Shown here: positions 28,208-37,773 of the stretch, in pieces
How positions within the stretch are numbered: the stretch's first letter is position 1
Layout: each line of letters starts with the position of its first letter
Assembly (NCBI GenBank): GCA_038831915.1
Contig: JAWBKB010000001.1
Coordinates: forward strand, 96,001 to 160,000
Origin: Candidatus Caldarchaeum sp.
GTDB lineage: Archaea > Thermoproteota > Nitrososphaeria_A > Caldarchaeales > Caldarchaeaceae
Direction: 5' to 3'
Length of the DNA: 64,000 nucleotides
The notes under the pieces: generated by a model
Told to the model about the DNA's origin: nothing
The model's database searches: none
What the model saw: only the letters and a program-made list of their open reading frames with translations
Translations under genes and position numbers: made by a program

Positions 28208-30679
28208 CTAATCTGTCAAGAGAACTTTCAACGGAATGTTGGCGTACAACGCTTTGACAATTTCTTTGCCGTGGCTGGAGTTTTTCCTTACAGCTATCAT
28301 TCCTTTTCTTCCAACAGTTGCTGAAAAAAGAAATTGGTTTCCAGCGTAGATTCCGACGCTTTTGCCAGCCATGGAGGGGCCTAATTCGATGCGCAGGCTA
28401 TTGCCTGATTCCGATATCTTGAATTCCACCTCTTTCCCGAAGGAGGGTATTCTGGGCTCAACATCGATTGATACTTCGAGCTCTTTTTCGATTTTGCTTA
28501 TGTTTTCGCCTTTACGGCCTATGACGCGAGGTATGGCGTCGGGGTCGACTCTTACCACATATCGGTTTCTCGAAACCTCTTCCACTTCAACGTCCTCGTC
28601 GAAATTTTGGAGAGCTTGTTTGATCTTTTCCTTTATTTCGCGTTGTTCCACGACGAGTTGTTCAGATATTTTTCGCACGGGGATTATCACGTTTTCCTCC
28701 CCAAAGGTGTAGATTTCATATTCGAGCTGGTTCGTGAGGAAATCCCTTACCTCGACCAAAGGTCTTGCCAAGTCCTCCTCGGTCATTCCAGTTGGAACTC
28801 TCACTGTCATGTTCAGTGTGTAGACTTTTGTTATGTTGCCGGCTTCGAGAAAAACTACTGTGTCGATAATGTGTGGGATCATGCCGAGCTCGACGCGGCC
28901 TATGAATCGTTGAATAGCGCTGACAGCGTCGCTGGAATGAACGACGCCGATCATCCCGACGCCTGCAAGCCTCATGTCGCTGAAAATCTGAAAATCCCTG
29001 TCCTTGCGGATTTCGTCGAAAACCGTGTAGTCAGGCCGCACAAGCAGCAGAATTTCCGCTGTTTTCTCAAAATCTCCCTCAAGAGGCCCGTATTGTGTGA
29101 TTTCTGGCCCGACTTGAAGGTCTCGCGGTGACTCGAGCGTTTTGACGATTTTTCCTTTACGGCTGTAGAATTCGGCTAGGCTTGCTGCGAAAGTTGATTT
29201 TCCACTTCCAGGGGGGCCGGCGATAAGAATTCCCTCGGCTTTCTTCTCGAACCTTTCGAGGAGACGTGGAGGTAGATTATAATCTTCGATACGTAGCTTG
29301 ACTATAGGCCTGACAACGGTAATTTCGAGGCCGTCGCTGAACGGAGGTCTCGCAACAGCTATTCGGTAGTTGCCTATCTGTGCTACGAAAGCACCTGCGC
29401 GGACTATTTCGATGCTCCCCTCAGGCTTGACCCGTGCGTATTCGGTGATTTCTTTGATTAGGTTGTTGAGTTCCGATTGTTCAAGAGGCCTCTCGTCGAG
29501 TTTGATGAGTTGAAAGTTGCCGGGTTTCCCGCGTTTTGCCATTAATGGCGCGCCTTCCTTGAAATGAAGGCTTAACGTGTCCTCGGTAAAGTACTGTTCG
29601 AAAGACATTTTCGCCGGAAGCTCGGTCGGAGGAAAATATTTGACTGCAACGCCTTCGGTTTCTGCGACGAGTGATTGGACGTAATCAGAGGTGTATAGGA
29701 CAGCGTTTTCACGTTTCGCGACTTCTCTAATGAGCGCGTCTATTCGGCCTTTCCTCGCGAGTTTGATATCTTCTAGACTCGGCCTTTCTCCAACTATCCT
29801 AATTGTCAACCGGTGTTGAGAAGCGAGAGACCTTATTTTTTTCAGCTCATTTAGTCCAACAAATCCCGGCTCTCGCTTCTGTGATGCTTGGGCTTGCAGC
29901 TCGTCTATAGCCGCTGCAGGAATGATTAGTTCAGCGCCGTCAATCTGACTGGTTTCGACTAGCATCGCAACAGTGCCGTTGATGATGGCTGAAGTGTCAG
30001 GAACTATTTTCAACTGCTGATGTTGACCAGAAATTCCGAGATGGTTTAACAATTCACGTGGACTGTGAACAATTTGTGTCACTCCAGCTTGCGTCATTTC
30101 TTCGGCTGAATGATAGCCCCAGGAAACTCCTATGAAACGGGCTCCCGCCGCTGATGCTGCTCGGAAATCGTTTATGCTGTCTCCGACATATATCAAATTC
30201 GAAGGATAAATTTTCAATTCAGATAAGATTTTTAGCAGAATGTCGGGCCGTGGCTTCATTTTTCCCACGTCATCTCTTGTGTAGAGTTTTTCGAAATATG
30301 ATTCAAGCCCGGTTTTTCGAAGAGCTTGGACGGCCGCTTCTCGATGACTGTTGGTTGCGACGAATAGCCTGTAACCGTTTTTCCTCAGCTGTTCGAGGAC
30401 TTCGATGATTTCTGGATATGGCTCCGCGTCGGCGGCGGCCTTCAGCTCATCTTCCCGAAGAATCCGTAAAACCTCCTCGCGCATTTTTTCAAAAACTACA
30501 GATGGCATTGCTGAGGCGGCCCTGTCGAAAAAATCTTGGAACGATTCTTTTTCGGACATTTGGATGCCGTACTTCAAAACTAGTTCGGCCGCTTTTCTTT
30601 TGGCTTGAGAGAGGTCGATTTTCATCTTGATTAGCGTACCGTCGAGGTCCATTACCAAAATTGTCGAACCGTCATTCAC
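28208..30679 (-). CDS. HAD hydrolase fused to PIN-ATPase-KH protein (PINA family)
   Basis: DLDGT/ATN/KP.P/GDS..D HAD motifs, then VPDTS PIN, GPPGSGKST, ESPRDL, RPDY..FDE, KH motif IGRKG; start GTG after GGTGA SD. Confidence 0.88.
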   Translation of the reverse strand: MNDGSTILVMDLDGTLIKMKIDLSQAKRKAAELVLKYGIQMSEKESFQDFFDRAASAMPSVVFEKMREEVLRILREDELKAAADAEPYPEIIEVLEQLRKNGYRLFVATNSHREAAVQALRKTGLESYFEKLYTRDDVGKMKPRPDILLKILSELKIYPSNLIYVGDSINDFRAASAAGARFIGVSWGYHSAEEMTQAGVTQIVHSPRELLNHLGISGQHQQLKIVPDTSAIINGTVAMLVETSQIDGAELIIPAAAIDELQAQASQKREPGFVGLNELKKIRSLASQHRLTIRIVGERPSLEDIKLARKGRIDALIREVAKRENAVLYTSDYVQSLVAETEGVAVKYFPPTELPAKMSFEQYFTEDTLSLHFKEGAPLMAKRGKPGNFQLIKLDERPLEQSELNNLIKEITEYARVKPEGSIEIVRAGAFVAQIGNYRIAVARPPFSDGLEITVVRPIVKLRIEDYNLPPRLLERFEKKAEGILIAGPPGSGKSTFAASLAEFYSRKGKIVKTLESPRDLQVGPEITQYGPLEGDFEKTAEILLLVRPDYTVFDEIRKDRDFQIFSDMRLAGVGMIGVVHSSDAVSAIQRFIGRVELGMIPHIIDTVVFLEAGNITKVYTLNMTVRVPTGMTEEDLARPLVEVRDFLTNQLEYEIYTFGEENVIIPVRKISEQLVVEQREIKEKIKQALQNFDEDVEVEEVSRNRYVVRVDPDAIPRVIGRKGENISKIEKELEVSIDVEPRIPSFGKEVEFKISESGNSLRIELGPSMAGKSVGIYAGNQFLFSATVGRKGMIAVRKNSSHGKEIVKALYANIPLKVLLTD

Positions 30680-30732
30680 AGAAAATTCACCAATCATGTA
30701 TCCATAAATGGGACATCATAAACTTCTATCAT

Positions 30733-31917
30733 GTGAAAAAAGTCGCAATTGTGGGTGTTGGTCAGTCGCCTTTCGGAAGAATATCTAACAGAAACATAAA
30801 CGAATTGGCGTGGACGGCTATAAAGCAAGCTCTAGAAGACGCTGGAATAACTCAGAAAGACGTGAAAATGGTTTCTCTTTCGAACGTGGGCGGCTGGAGC
30901 GCCGAACCTCTTCCAGCTATTTCAGTTAATGAATATTCTGGGTTGACGGGTGTGGGTACTTACAGGGTGGAAGCGGCGTGTGCTTCTGGCTCAGCGGCGC
31001 TTTCCACGGCTTATGGATTTGTTTCATCTGGCTCAGTTGACATCGCGCTCGTGGTTGGTGTTGAGCGGATGAACGAATCACCGACGCCCACTGCTGTTGA
31101 GTTGATAGGACGGGCTGGAAACTATTTCTGGGAATTCAGCATGTTTGGATTAACTTTTCCCGGATACTACGCTCTTTACGCAACAGCCTACATGAACAAA
31201 TTTGGAGCGACCGAAGAGGACCTCGCTAAAATCGCTGTGAAAAACCATTTCTACGCTTCCTTTAACGAGAAAGCATCGTTCAGAAAAAGAATAACAGTCG
31301 AAGACGTTTTGAAAAGTAGGCCGGTTGCGTGGCCTTTGAAGTTGCTTGATTGCAGCCCTATAACGGATGGAGCTGCCGCGGTTGTGCTAGCATCTGAAGA
31401 CGTTGCGAAAAAGCTGACGGATACACCGGTCTGGATAGCCGGCATAGGTTTCGGCTCAGACACATCAAATTTGAGCAAACGACCTGATTTCGTCGGTCTG
31501 CGAGCTACAAAAGAAGCCGCAGAACAGGCTTACAAACAAGCCGGCGTCGACCCGGGCAGGGCTGCGAAAAGCTTCGACGTTGCTGAAGTACATGATTGCT
31601 TCACTATCGCCGAGATATTGGCCTATGAAGACCTTGGCTTCGCCGCGCCCGGTCAAGGATATATGTTGGCTCGAGAAGGTGAAACCTACAAAGGTGGTTT
31701 GATCCCCGTCAACCTCGATGGTGGGTTGAAAGCGAAAGGTCATCCAATCGGTGCGACGGGTGTTAGTATGGCTGCTGAAATAACATCACAGCTGCGTCAA
31801 GAACTTCCACTGGATAGGCAGGCTGACATAGTCAAGGGCATGGGACTTATTCACAACGTCGGCGGCACAGGCCATTACGCGTACATTACTGTTATCTCTC
31901 TCACGAAGCCGGTGTAA
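30733..31917 (+). CDS. Thiolase-domain protein (acetyl-CoA acetyltransferase, SCP2-type)
   Basis: VEAACASG, DCSPITDGAAA, EVHDCF, GGLKAKGHPIGATG. Confidence 0.93.
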   Translation: MKKVAIVGVGQSPFGRISNRNINELAWTAIKQALEDAGITQKDVKMVSLSNVGGWSAEPLPAISVNEYSGLTGVGTYRVEAACASGSAALSTAYGFVSSGSVDIALVVGVERMNESPTPTAVELIGRAGNYFWEFSMFGLTFPGYYALYATAYMNKFGATEEDLAKIAVKNHFYASFNEKASFRKRITVEDVLKSRPVAWPLKLLDCSPITDGAAAVVLASEDVAKKLTDTPVWIAGIGFGSDTSNLSKRPDFVGLRATKEAAEQAYKQAGVDPGRAAKSFDVAEVHDCFTIAEILAYEDLGFAAPGQGYMLAREGETYKGGLIPVNLDGGLKAKGHPIGATGVSMAAEITSQLRQELPLDRQADIVKGMGLIHNVGGTGHYAYITVISLTKPV

Positions 31918-31921
31918 AACC

Positions 31922-32461
31922 ATGACGTCGATTCCACGCGAGGAACTTGAAAGAATGGTTAGGACATGGCTTGAAATGGTTGAGCAGATTACGCGTAACG
32001 AAGGCCTTCCGATAATTCCGGATGAAAAGTCCGCTGACCCTTTATGGGTTGACGTCCGGGAGCTGCGTTTAAAATACCTCATTCCAGTCAGCAGGGTTAA
32101 GAAATTTTTCGACGGGCTGAAAGATGGTAAGGTTTTCGCGACCAAATGTCCAGTGAAGAATGTTTTCTATTTTCCGCCGCAGGTCGATTGTCCGTTATGT
32201 ATGGATGAAAACGTTGAATGGGTTGAAATCAAGGGAAACGGGACTTTGCTCACCTACACGATCATCAGCGTAAAACCTGCGAGCTATCTGCATTATCCAG
32301 ATTACGTAGTAGCGATAGCGAAAATGGATGAAGGATTCAACGTGCTTAGCTGGATGACTGTTGATGACCCGTCAAAAATCAAAGTTGGGATGCCGGTGAA
32401 ACTCGTCGTCAAAAGAAGAGAACCCGAAGGATTTTTCACTTACTATCTCGAACCAGTTTAA
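31922..32461 (+). CDS. Zn-ribbon/OB-fold (DUF35) thiolase partner
   Basis: ATKC...FPPQ.DCP.C, GTLLTYT; directly after the thiolase. Confidence 0.88.
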   Translation: MTSIPREELERMVRTWLEMVEQITRNEGLPIIPDEKSADPLWVDVRELRLKYLIPVSRVKKFFDGLKDGKVFATKCPVKNVFYFPPQVDCPLCMDENVEWVEIKGNGTLLTYTIISVKPASYLHYPDYVVAIAKMDEGFNVLSWMTVDDPSKIKVGMPVKLVVKRREPEGFFTYYLEPV

Positions 32462-33675
32462 ACTGCTCTCCGAGTAGTCGAAACAATCGACAGAACATCG
32501 CGGTCTTTGACCCGGTAGTCTCCCGGTAGCCTCAATCCCGACCTAACGTCGATAGCGTACAGCAGCCCCTTCTCAAGCTCGGAATGAATAGTTCTCGCGA
32601 GGTCTCGAACTGTTGAGTTTGGCGGCATCAAATAAGCGTCGGGCAAAATCTTCCCAGAGCGGTCTGCAAGTTTCGCAGGGTCCGAAACCGGGTAAACCAC
32701 GCTCATTCCCAACAGCTTGAAAACCGCGACGTTTATCGCAAACTGGACACCTGTCCGCATGTATTCTCCGAAAACCCGGGACTGAATAAACTCAAGCGCT
32801 TTTTTCTGTTCTGGTGTTAATTGTTCTTCGTGAAGTATTTTGAAGCTTTCCTCGCCTGGAATATATTTGACGAGTCCTTTCTGAACAGCTCTTCGCAAAG
32901 CGAGCTCCGCCTCAGCACTTGCGGGGATAACCATGTAGTTTGTCAAACTTTCTCGGAGAATTTCAAAGTTTTGATTCGCGGTTTCAAGGTCCATTTTATT
33001 AGCCAACACAATCATGGGTTTCGAGGCCTCGAGTAGTTTTTCAGCGAATTTCTTATCCTCGAGCATAGTCCATTTTTCGAATTCTTCGCCTTTCAGCCCC
33101 GTTTGTTTGAGGGCTGTTTCGATGTGGACTGCGTTTATCTTCACACCTTGAAGAACTTCTGCAAGAGTCTCGACGAAATCTTTGCCCGATTTGAGGTTGC
33201 GGACGATTTTGTCCTCCTGTCTGTCGATGAGCCGCATGAGCCACATCACGAGTTCTTCGTGAATATCGTAGAAATCTGCCAACGGGTTGCCTACCCCCAT
33301 CTCTGTGATTCTTCCTTCCTCGTCCACGCTGCCGGACGCGTCAACCACGTGAATCAAAGCATCAGCCTGTGAAGCTACTGATAAAAACTGGTTGCCCAAC
33401 CCTTTTCCAGCCCAAGCACCCTTAATCAGACCCGGTAAGTCAATCAACTCTATGGGGATATGTCTGTACCCGTCGATGCAAAGCGAGTTTCTTGGGTTGT
33501 CTTTGACGTTGAATTCTTTGCAGACGCACGGTGTTATGGCGTAGGTTGTGCCATAATTAGGTTGTTTGGTGGTGAAAGGATACGAAGATACTTCCGCGTA
33601 TTGAAGGGTTGCCGCGTTGAAAAAAGTTGTCTTTCCCGTGTTTGTTTTTCCGATGAGCCCTATCCTTATCGGCAT
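32458..33675 (-). CDS. ychF: YchF/Obg-family GTPase with TGS domain
   Basis: GKTNTGKTT, YPFTT, DLPGL..GA..G.GLGN.FL, NKMD. Confidence 0.9.
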   Translation of the reverse strand: MPIRIGLIGKTNTGKTTFFNAATLQYAEVSSYPFTTKQPNYGTTYAITPCVCKEFNVKDNPRNSLCIDGYRHIPIELIDLPGLIKGAWAGKGLGNQFLSVASQADALIHVVDASGSVDEEGRITEMGVGNPLADFYDIHEELVMWLMRLIDRQEDKIVRNLKSGKDFVETLAEVLQGVKINAVHIETALKQTGLKGEEFEKWTMLEDKKFAEKLLEASKPMIVLANKMDLETANQNFEILRESLTNYMVIPASAEAELALRRAVQKGLVKYIPGEESFKILHEEQLTPEQKKALEFIQSRVFGEYMRTGVQFAINVAVFKLLGMSVVYPVSDPAKLADRSGKILPDAYLMPPNSTVRDLARTIHSELEKGLLYAIDVRSGLRLPGDYRVKDRDVLSIVSTTRRAV

Positions 33676-33717
33676 GCCTTACCTATGTATTAATTCACAA
33701 GTCTGTGAAAAACTTTA

Positions 33718-34602
33718 TCAAACGACCGCGTCATACTTTTTCAAAACGAATGGAATTTCCGCGATAACGTCCTCCGGCGTAATATGCAGGCCTTTTTTCT
33801 GAGCTGCAGCCATTCCTGCATAGCCGTTAGCCACTGCCGCCGCGACGGCGGCGTTGAAAGGTGACACGGCCTTAGCCAAGAAACCCGCAACAACACCTGT
33901 CAAAACATCGCCTGTCCCGCCGACAGTCATCGCCGCCGTCAAAGGATCTTTCCTATTGACCACGACTTCCCTTCCGTCAGAAATAACGTCGACATGACCC
34001 TTCACAAGAACGACAACTCTGTGAGTTGAAGCTGATTTCAGCGCGTTCTCGGCCCTTTCTTCCAAAGTGTCTCCAGCATCGAAGCCGAACAATCTTTTGA
34101 ATTCGCCCGCGTGAGGTGTCAAAACTACACGACTTCCAGCGACGTGAAGCAAGATATCGCCAAAGAGAGCGGTTGCGTCAAGGACCATGGGAACATTGTT
34201 TTCGGCGAGAAGTTTGACCAATTTAATCACCCCTTTTTCACATCCCTTAGCTAGGCCTGGGCCTATTGCCACAGCAGTCACGTTGTCTAGAACTTTCGTG
34301 ATTTTGTCAACTGATTTGGATGTTAGCTTGTAATCACGGAGCGGTATGACAATGAGTGAGGGGGAAAGGGCTCTGATCGGTGTGGCAATTTTTTCAGGCA
34401 CGGCTGTGTAAACGAGGTCTACTCCCGTTCTCATAGCGGCCATAGAAACTAAGAAAGGAGCTCCGTGGTAAAGCCAGCTACCTCCCACAACTAAAACAAC
34501 ACCATTCTCTCCTTTCCGTGACCAAGCCTTTCGCGGTAGACATGTTTTCGCAAGCATTTCCTCGGATGCGTCCAGCCACGCACCGCTCATAATTCTACCC
34601 AT
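33718..34602 (-). CDS. nnrD: ADP-dependent NAD(P)H-hydrate dehydratase
   Basis: KG.NG.VLVVGGS..Y.GAP, IGPGL, TPHAGEF, GGTGDVL.G. Confidence 0.92.
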   Translation of the reverse strand: MGRIMSGAWLDASEEMLAKTCLPRKAWSRKGENGVVLVVGGSWLYHGAPFLVSMAAMRTGVDLVYTAVPEKIATPIRALSPSLIVIPLRDYKLTSKSVDKITKVLDNVTAVAIGPGLAKGCEKGVIKLVKLLAENNVPMVLDATALFGDILLHVAGSRVVLTPHAGEFKRLFGFDAGDTLEERAENALKSASTHRVVVLVKGHVDVISDGREVVVNRKDPLTAAMTVGGTGDVLTGVVAGFLAKAVSPFNAAVAAAVANGYAGMAAAQKKGLHITPEDVIAEIPFVLKKYDAVV

Positions 34603-34657
34603 GTTCTCTATGTTAAAACCACAGCGTTTTTAGGTTCGTGGTATTTATTCCAACGGG

Positions 34658-35371
34658 TTGATAGTGCTGGGAAGTTCGACATACGCGGTGATGACCGCGT
34701 GCAGATTCGCATCGTTGGGATACGATGTCACGCTGGTGAATCCCAGCCGAAGGCTCGGACTCTTCCCTTTCATGGTGATGCCGGAAAGTTTCTTACAGGA
34801 CACCAAACTCGAAAAATACGAGGCCAAAATAACCAAAACCTCGTTGAATGGCCGGATAACTAATCTGGTTCAGCCTCTGTACGTGTTGATGTCAACTTTG
34901 TCACTCGAAAAAATTCTAAGCGAACACGATGTCAAATACACCACTAAAATGACTAAGGAAAACGATAGAATCGTGGACTGCTCGGGGAAAGCCTTGCATG
35001 GGTTGAATGTTTACCAAACACTGGAGCTAAATGATACCGCCGAAGAAAATGTTTTGCATGCATGGCTCACTCCGGGGTCAAGCCTCGTGGTTGACGTGTT
35101 TTTTCGGGGACTGTGTTTCCGCACGGTTTACACCTTGACCAAAGCGACCTACCACCGGAACCAATTAGCCTTCGTCAGAAGACCGTCAGCTTATATTGAC
35201 CATGAAACTCAAACAATTTTCAACCCCATATCATACATTGGGCCTGATTTCGCTGAATTCTACTTAAACAACCGTAGGGTGGCTTCAGACGCCGGCAAAA
35301 TTCTGCAAGCCATCATGACACAAAATGAGGAGCCTAAAATGGGCGAGTTAACATTTTTATCATTCCCGTGA
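34658..35371 (+). CDS. Hypothetical protein with degenerate Rossmann-like N-terminus
   Basis: IVLGSSTYAVMTA...A..GYDVTLV and IVDCSG resemble FAD-dependent reductases, but the protein is short. Confidence 0.5.
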   Translation: MIVLGSSTYAVMTACRFASLGYDVTLVNPSRRLGLFPFMVMPESFLQDTKLEKYEAKITKTSLNGRITNLVQPLYVLMSTLSLEKILSEHDVKYTTKMTKENDRIVDCSGKALHGLNVYQTLELNDTAEENVLHAWLTPGSSLVVDVFFRGLCFRTVYTLTKATYHRNQLAFVRRPSAYIDHETQTIFNPISYIGPDFAEFYLNNRRVASDAGKILQAIMTQNEEPKMGELTFLSFP

Positions 35372-35381
35372 AGGGGTAAAC

Positions 35382-35693
35382 ATGCACAAGGAGGCGAAAG
35401 ACTTGGTCGAAGACTCTGTTGTCTTGGTTGGAAGGAAACCGACGATGAACTACGTGCTGGCCACAACTTTGCCGTTGACAGAAGGCAAGAAAGTTGTGCT
35501 GAAGGCCCGTGGAAAAGCAATAGCCAAAGCAGTGGACGTAGTCGAAGTTGTTCGGAGGAGGTTTGTTCAAAACGCCGTCATCGAAAAGATAAACATCGGC
35601 ACCGAAGAAGGCAGGGTCGGTAACGACGGCCGCCAACGAAACGTCAGCACCATCGAAATCATATTGTCCCAACCGAAGCCAGCGAAGAAATAG
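35382..35693 (+). CDS. albA: DNA/RNA-binding protein Alba
   Basis: VGRKP.MNYVLA, LKARG.AI.KAVDV.E, VSTIEI. Confidence 0.95.
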   Translation: MHKEAKDLVEDSVVLVGRKPTMNYVLATTLPLTEGKKVVLKARGKAIAKAVDVVEVVRRRFVQNAVIEKINIGTEEGRVGNDGRQRNVSTIEIILSQPKPAKK

Positions 35694-35698
35694 GGCAA

Positions 35699-35719
35699 AA
35701 CCCGGCTAACATCCGGGTT
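35699..35719 (+). terminator. Short hairpin after albA
   Basis: AACCCGG-ctaacat-CCGGGTT, 7-bp stem, 5 nt after the stop codon. Confidence 0.3.
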
Positions 35720-35752
35720 CCCACATATTTTTATCGCTGCTAAAAGACATTC

Positions 35753-36418
35753 GTGACGACTTTGGACGAGATACCGAAGACATGGGAATGGGTCGTTTGT
35801 CGAAAATGCGGGACAAAAACACTAAAAGCAAAATTCTGCATGAGATGCGGCGCCGAGCTAGTTTACCGTCCTAAAGTTTCGCGGTCTTATGTTTTCGATG
35901 CTTTGGTTGTAGGTGAAGACACGGTTGGAAAATCGACGTTCATAGAAAAAATTACGTCAACTGGCGAAGTTGTGTCCCGGCAGCCTCCGTCCGATGGATT
36001 ATCAGCGATATGGGTGTTGAGGGATGTTGAAGTAATTATCACATTCGTAGAGAAATCCGCTGTCGATTTTAGACCAAATGACCAGATGAACGCGCTTCTT
36101 CTCCTTTTCGATTTAACAAATACTTTGACGTTTGTTAAATGTTTCAGAGTGCTTAAGATGGTTAAGGCGATGGAGGATAAGTTCAACACTTATTTGGTTG
36201 GAAACAAAGCCGATTTGATTGTTGACCGAGCTGTGCGACGTGAAGAAGCAGTTAAAGCCGCGAATGAATTCGGCGTAAGCTATTTCGAGGTTTCCAGCAT
36301 TTCGGCTGAGGGGATCAACTCATTACGGCAAACATTAATTAAAGACCTTCTGCAGTTTCGTCTAGAAACAGTAAAAAGAGTGTTGAAACGTGATGGACGA
36401 TTCGCTTCTCAGACGTAA
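35753..36418 (+). CDS. Zn-ribbon plus Ras/Rab-like small GTPase domain
   Basis: CRKC...CMRC; G1 GEDTVGKST, LLFDLT, G4 GNKAD, G5 YFEVSS; G3 DxxG absent. Confidence 0.8.
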   Translation: MTTLDEIPKTWEWVVCRKCGTKTLKAKFCMRCGAELVYRPKVSRSYVFDALVVGEDTVGKSTFIEKITSTGEVVSRQPPSDGLSAIWVLRDVEVIITFVEKSAVDFRPNDQMNALLLLFDLTNTLTFVKCFRVLKMVKAMEDKFNTYLVGNKADLIVDRAVRREEAVKAANEFGVSYFEVSSISAEGINSLRQTLIKDLLQFRLETVKRVLKRDGRFASQT

Positions 36419-37412
36419 AGATGTATGGTCGTTGCTTAACTATTTGGACAAAACTCAAACCGAGATGCTTGACCCCGTTCTGGAGAGAGGCATATACAGA
36501 TACCCGGTGGTCGAGGAATTCGTCAAAGACGATGTTGACTCGGTTTTGGAAGGTTTGGCTGACCTCGGTTTTCTGCAGAGGCAGCTCTTAGACTCCGTTA
36601 TGAGCTGCCCCGCGTGCGAAGGTTTTTCACATCTTTTGAAGCCAGTTTGTCCCACATGCAGCTCAGGACGGTTGATGAAGGGAAACGTCATCGAACATCT
36701 CCTATGTGGATACGTCGACTTTGAACATGAATTCCTGTCGCATGGATTCAAATGCATAAAGTGCGGAAAAGAACTGAAGACTTTGGGAGTAGACTATCGA
36801 AAAACAGGAGTGTTCTTCAAATGCATTTCATGTGGAAGAATAACGGCGGTCCCTATCAGACGTTACATCTGCACCAATTGCGGCAGGGCAAACATGGAGG
36901 AAGAACTGAACCTGAAACCTGTCTACCGATACATTGTTGTAAAAGAAAAGTTTCCACTTCTCAAGGGAATCTTCTACGACTTATCCCCACTGATAGATTA
37001 CATAGCTGCTAAGGGATACATGGTGCAGTCACCAGCGAAAATAGTCGGCACTTCGGGAGTCACTCACGAGTTCACATTGTACATTAACGTGTGGGGGCAG
37101 GTTATTTCCTCAGGACTCGTCGTAGACATCGTAAGCGAGGTCAGCGAAGAAAAAATCTACGAATTCTTCACGAAATGCTTAGACGTAAAAGCAGGGGCGT
37201 CACTGCTTCTTGTCGTCGGCCAAGCGAGCGAAAAAGCGCGAAAACTCGCCTCAACCTTCAACATTAGGCTCGCCGAATTCGTAACAGTCGACGAACTGAT
37301 TGAAAAATCAAAGACGATAATCGAGGAGTTGCTGGAACGTCTGCGTGAAAAAGAACTTATGTCTGAAGCCGGTTTTCTGGAAGACCTACTGCGTGAACTC
37401 GAAAAGAAATAA
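36390..37412 (+). CDS. TackOD1-like multi-Zn-finger protein with C-terminal restriction-endonuclease-like fold
   Basis: RYP...L..LA..G.L, CP.C, CP.C, IEH..CG, C.KCG..L...GVDY, C..CG, C..CG; then G.SGV.HEF. Confidence 0.75.
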   Translation: MMDDSLLRRKDVWSLLNYLDKTQTEMLDPVLERGIYRYPVVEEFVKDDVDSVLEGLADLGFLQRQLLDSVMSCPACEGFSHLLKPVCPTCSSGRLMKGNVIEHLLCGYVDFEHEFLSHGFKCIKCGKELKTLGVDYRKTGVFFKCISCGRITAVPIRRYICTNCGRANMEEELNLKPVYRYIVVKEKFPLLKGIFYDLSPLIDYIAAKGYMVQSPAKIVGTSGVTHEFTLYINVWGQVISSGLVVDIVSEVSEEKIYEFFTKCLDVKAGASLLLVVGQASEKARKLASTFNIRLAEFVTVDELIEKSKTIIEELLERLREKELMSEAGFLEDLLRELEKK

Positions 37413-37773
37413 GCATAGCGGCCAACTCGTAGGTTCTTACAAAAACTGACTTCTCCCATGGTATGGTTTGCTGCACTGGTTCAACGATGGGTTTTGTTCG
37501 TCTGATTTCACCATCCATAGTAATCTGCCATCGAGTCTTTCATGATGATTGGATTAGTCCCGAAACAATAGCTCTTGAACCAAATTTAACGCTATAGAAT
37601 CTTGACCCAAAGGGTTTTGGCGTTCAACCCCTTTGTGATGGTTCGCATAGCTGTTAAGATCTAACACGGCTGCTGTAGTTTTTCTGCACCCCTATTTAGT
37701 GCCTGTGTTCATGGTCAACCATGTCTTTGACACAGGTCAGGCGAAAAATGTTTTAGAATCAGGTTAAAACGCT

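Noticed and set aside
30733-32461. Thiolase/DUF35 as the mevalonate thiolase-HMG-CoA synthase complex
   Set aside because: No HMG-CoA synthase is adjacent; thiolase plus DUF35 pairs are common in archaea
37541-37610. C/D box sRNA
   Set aside because: A box C-like ATGATGA is present but there is no properly spaced terminal CTGA box D
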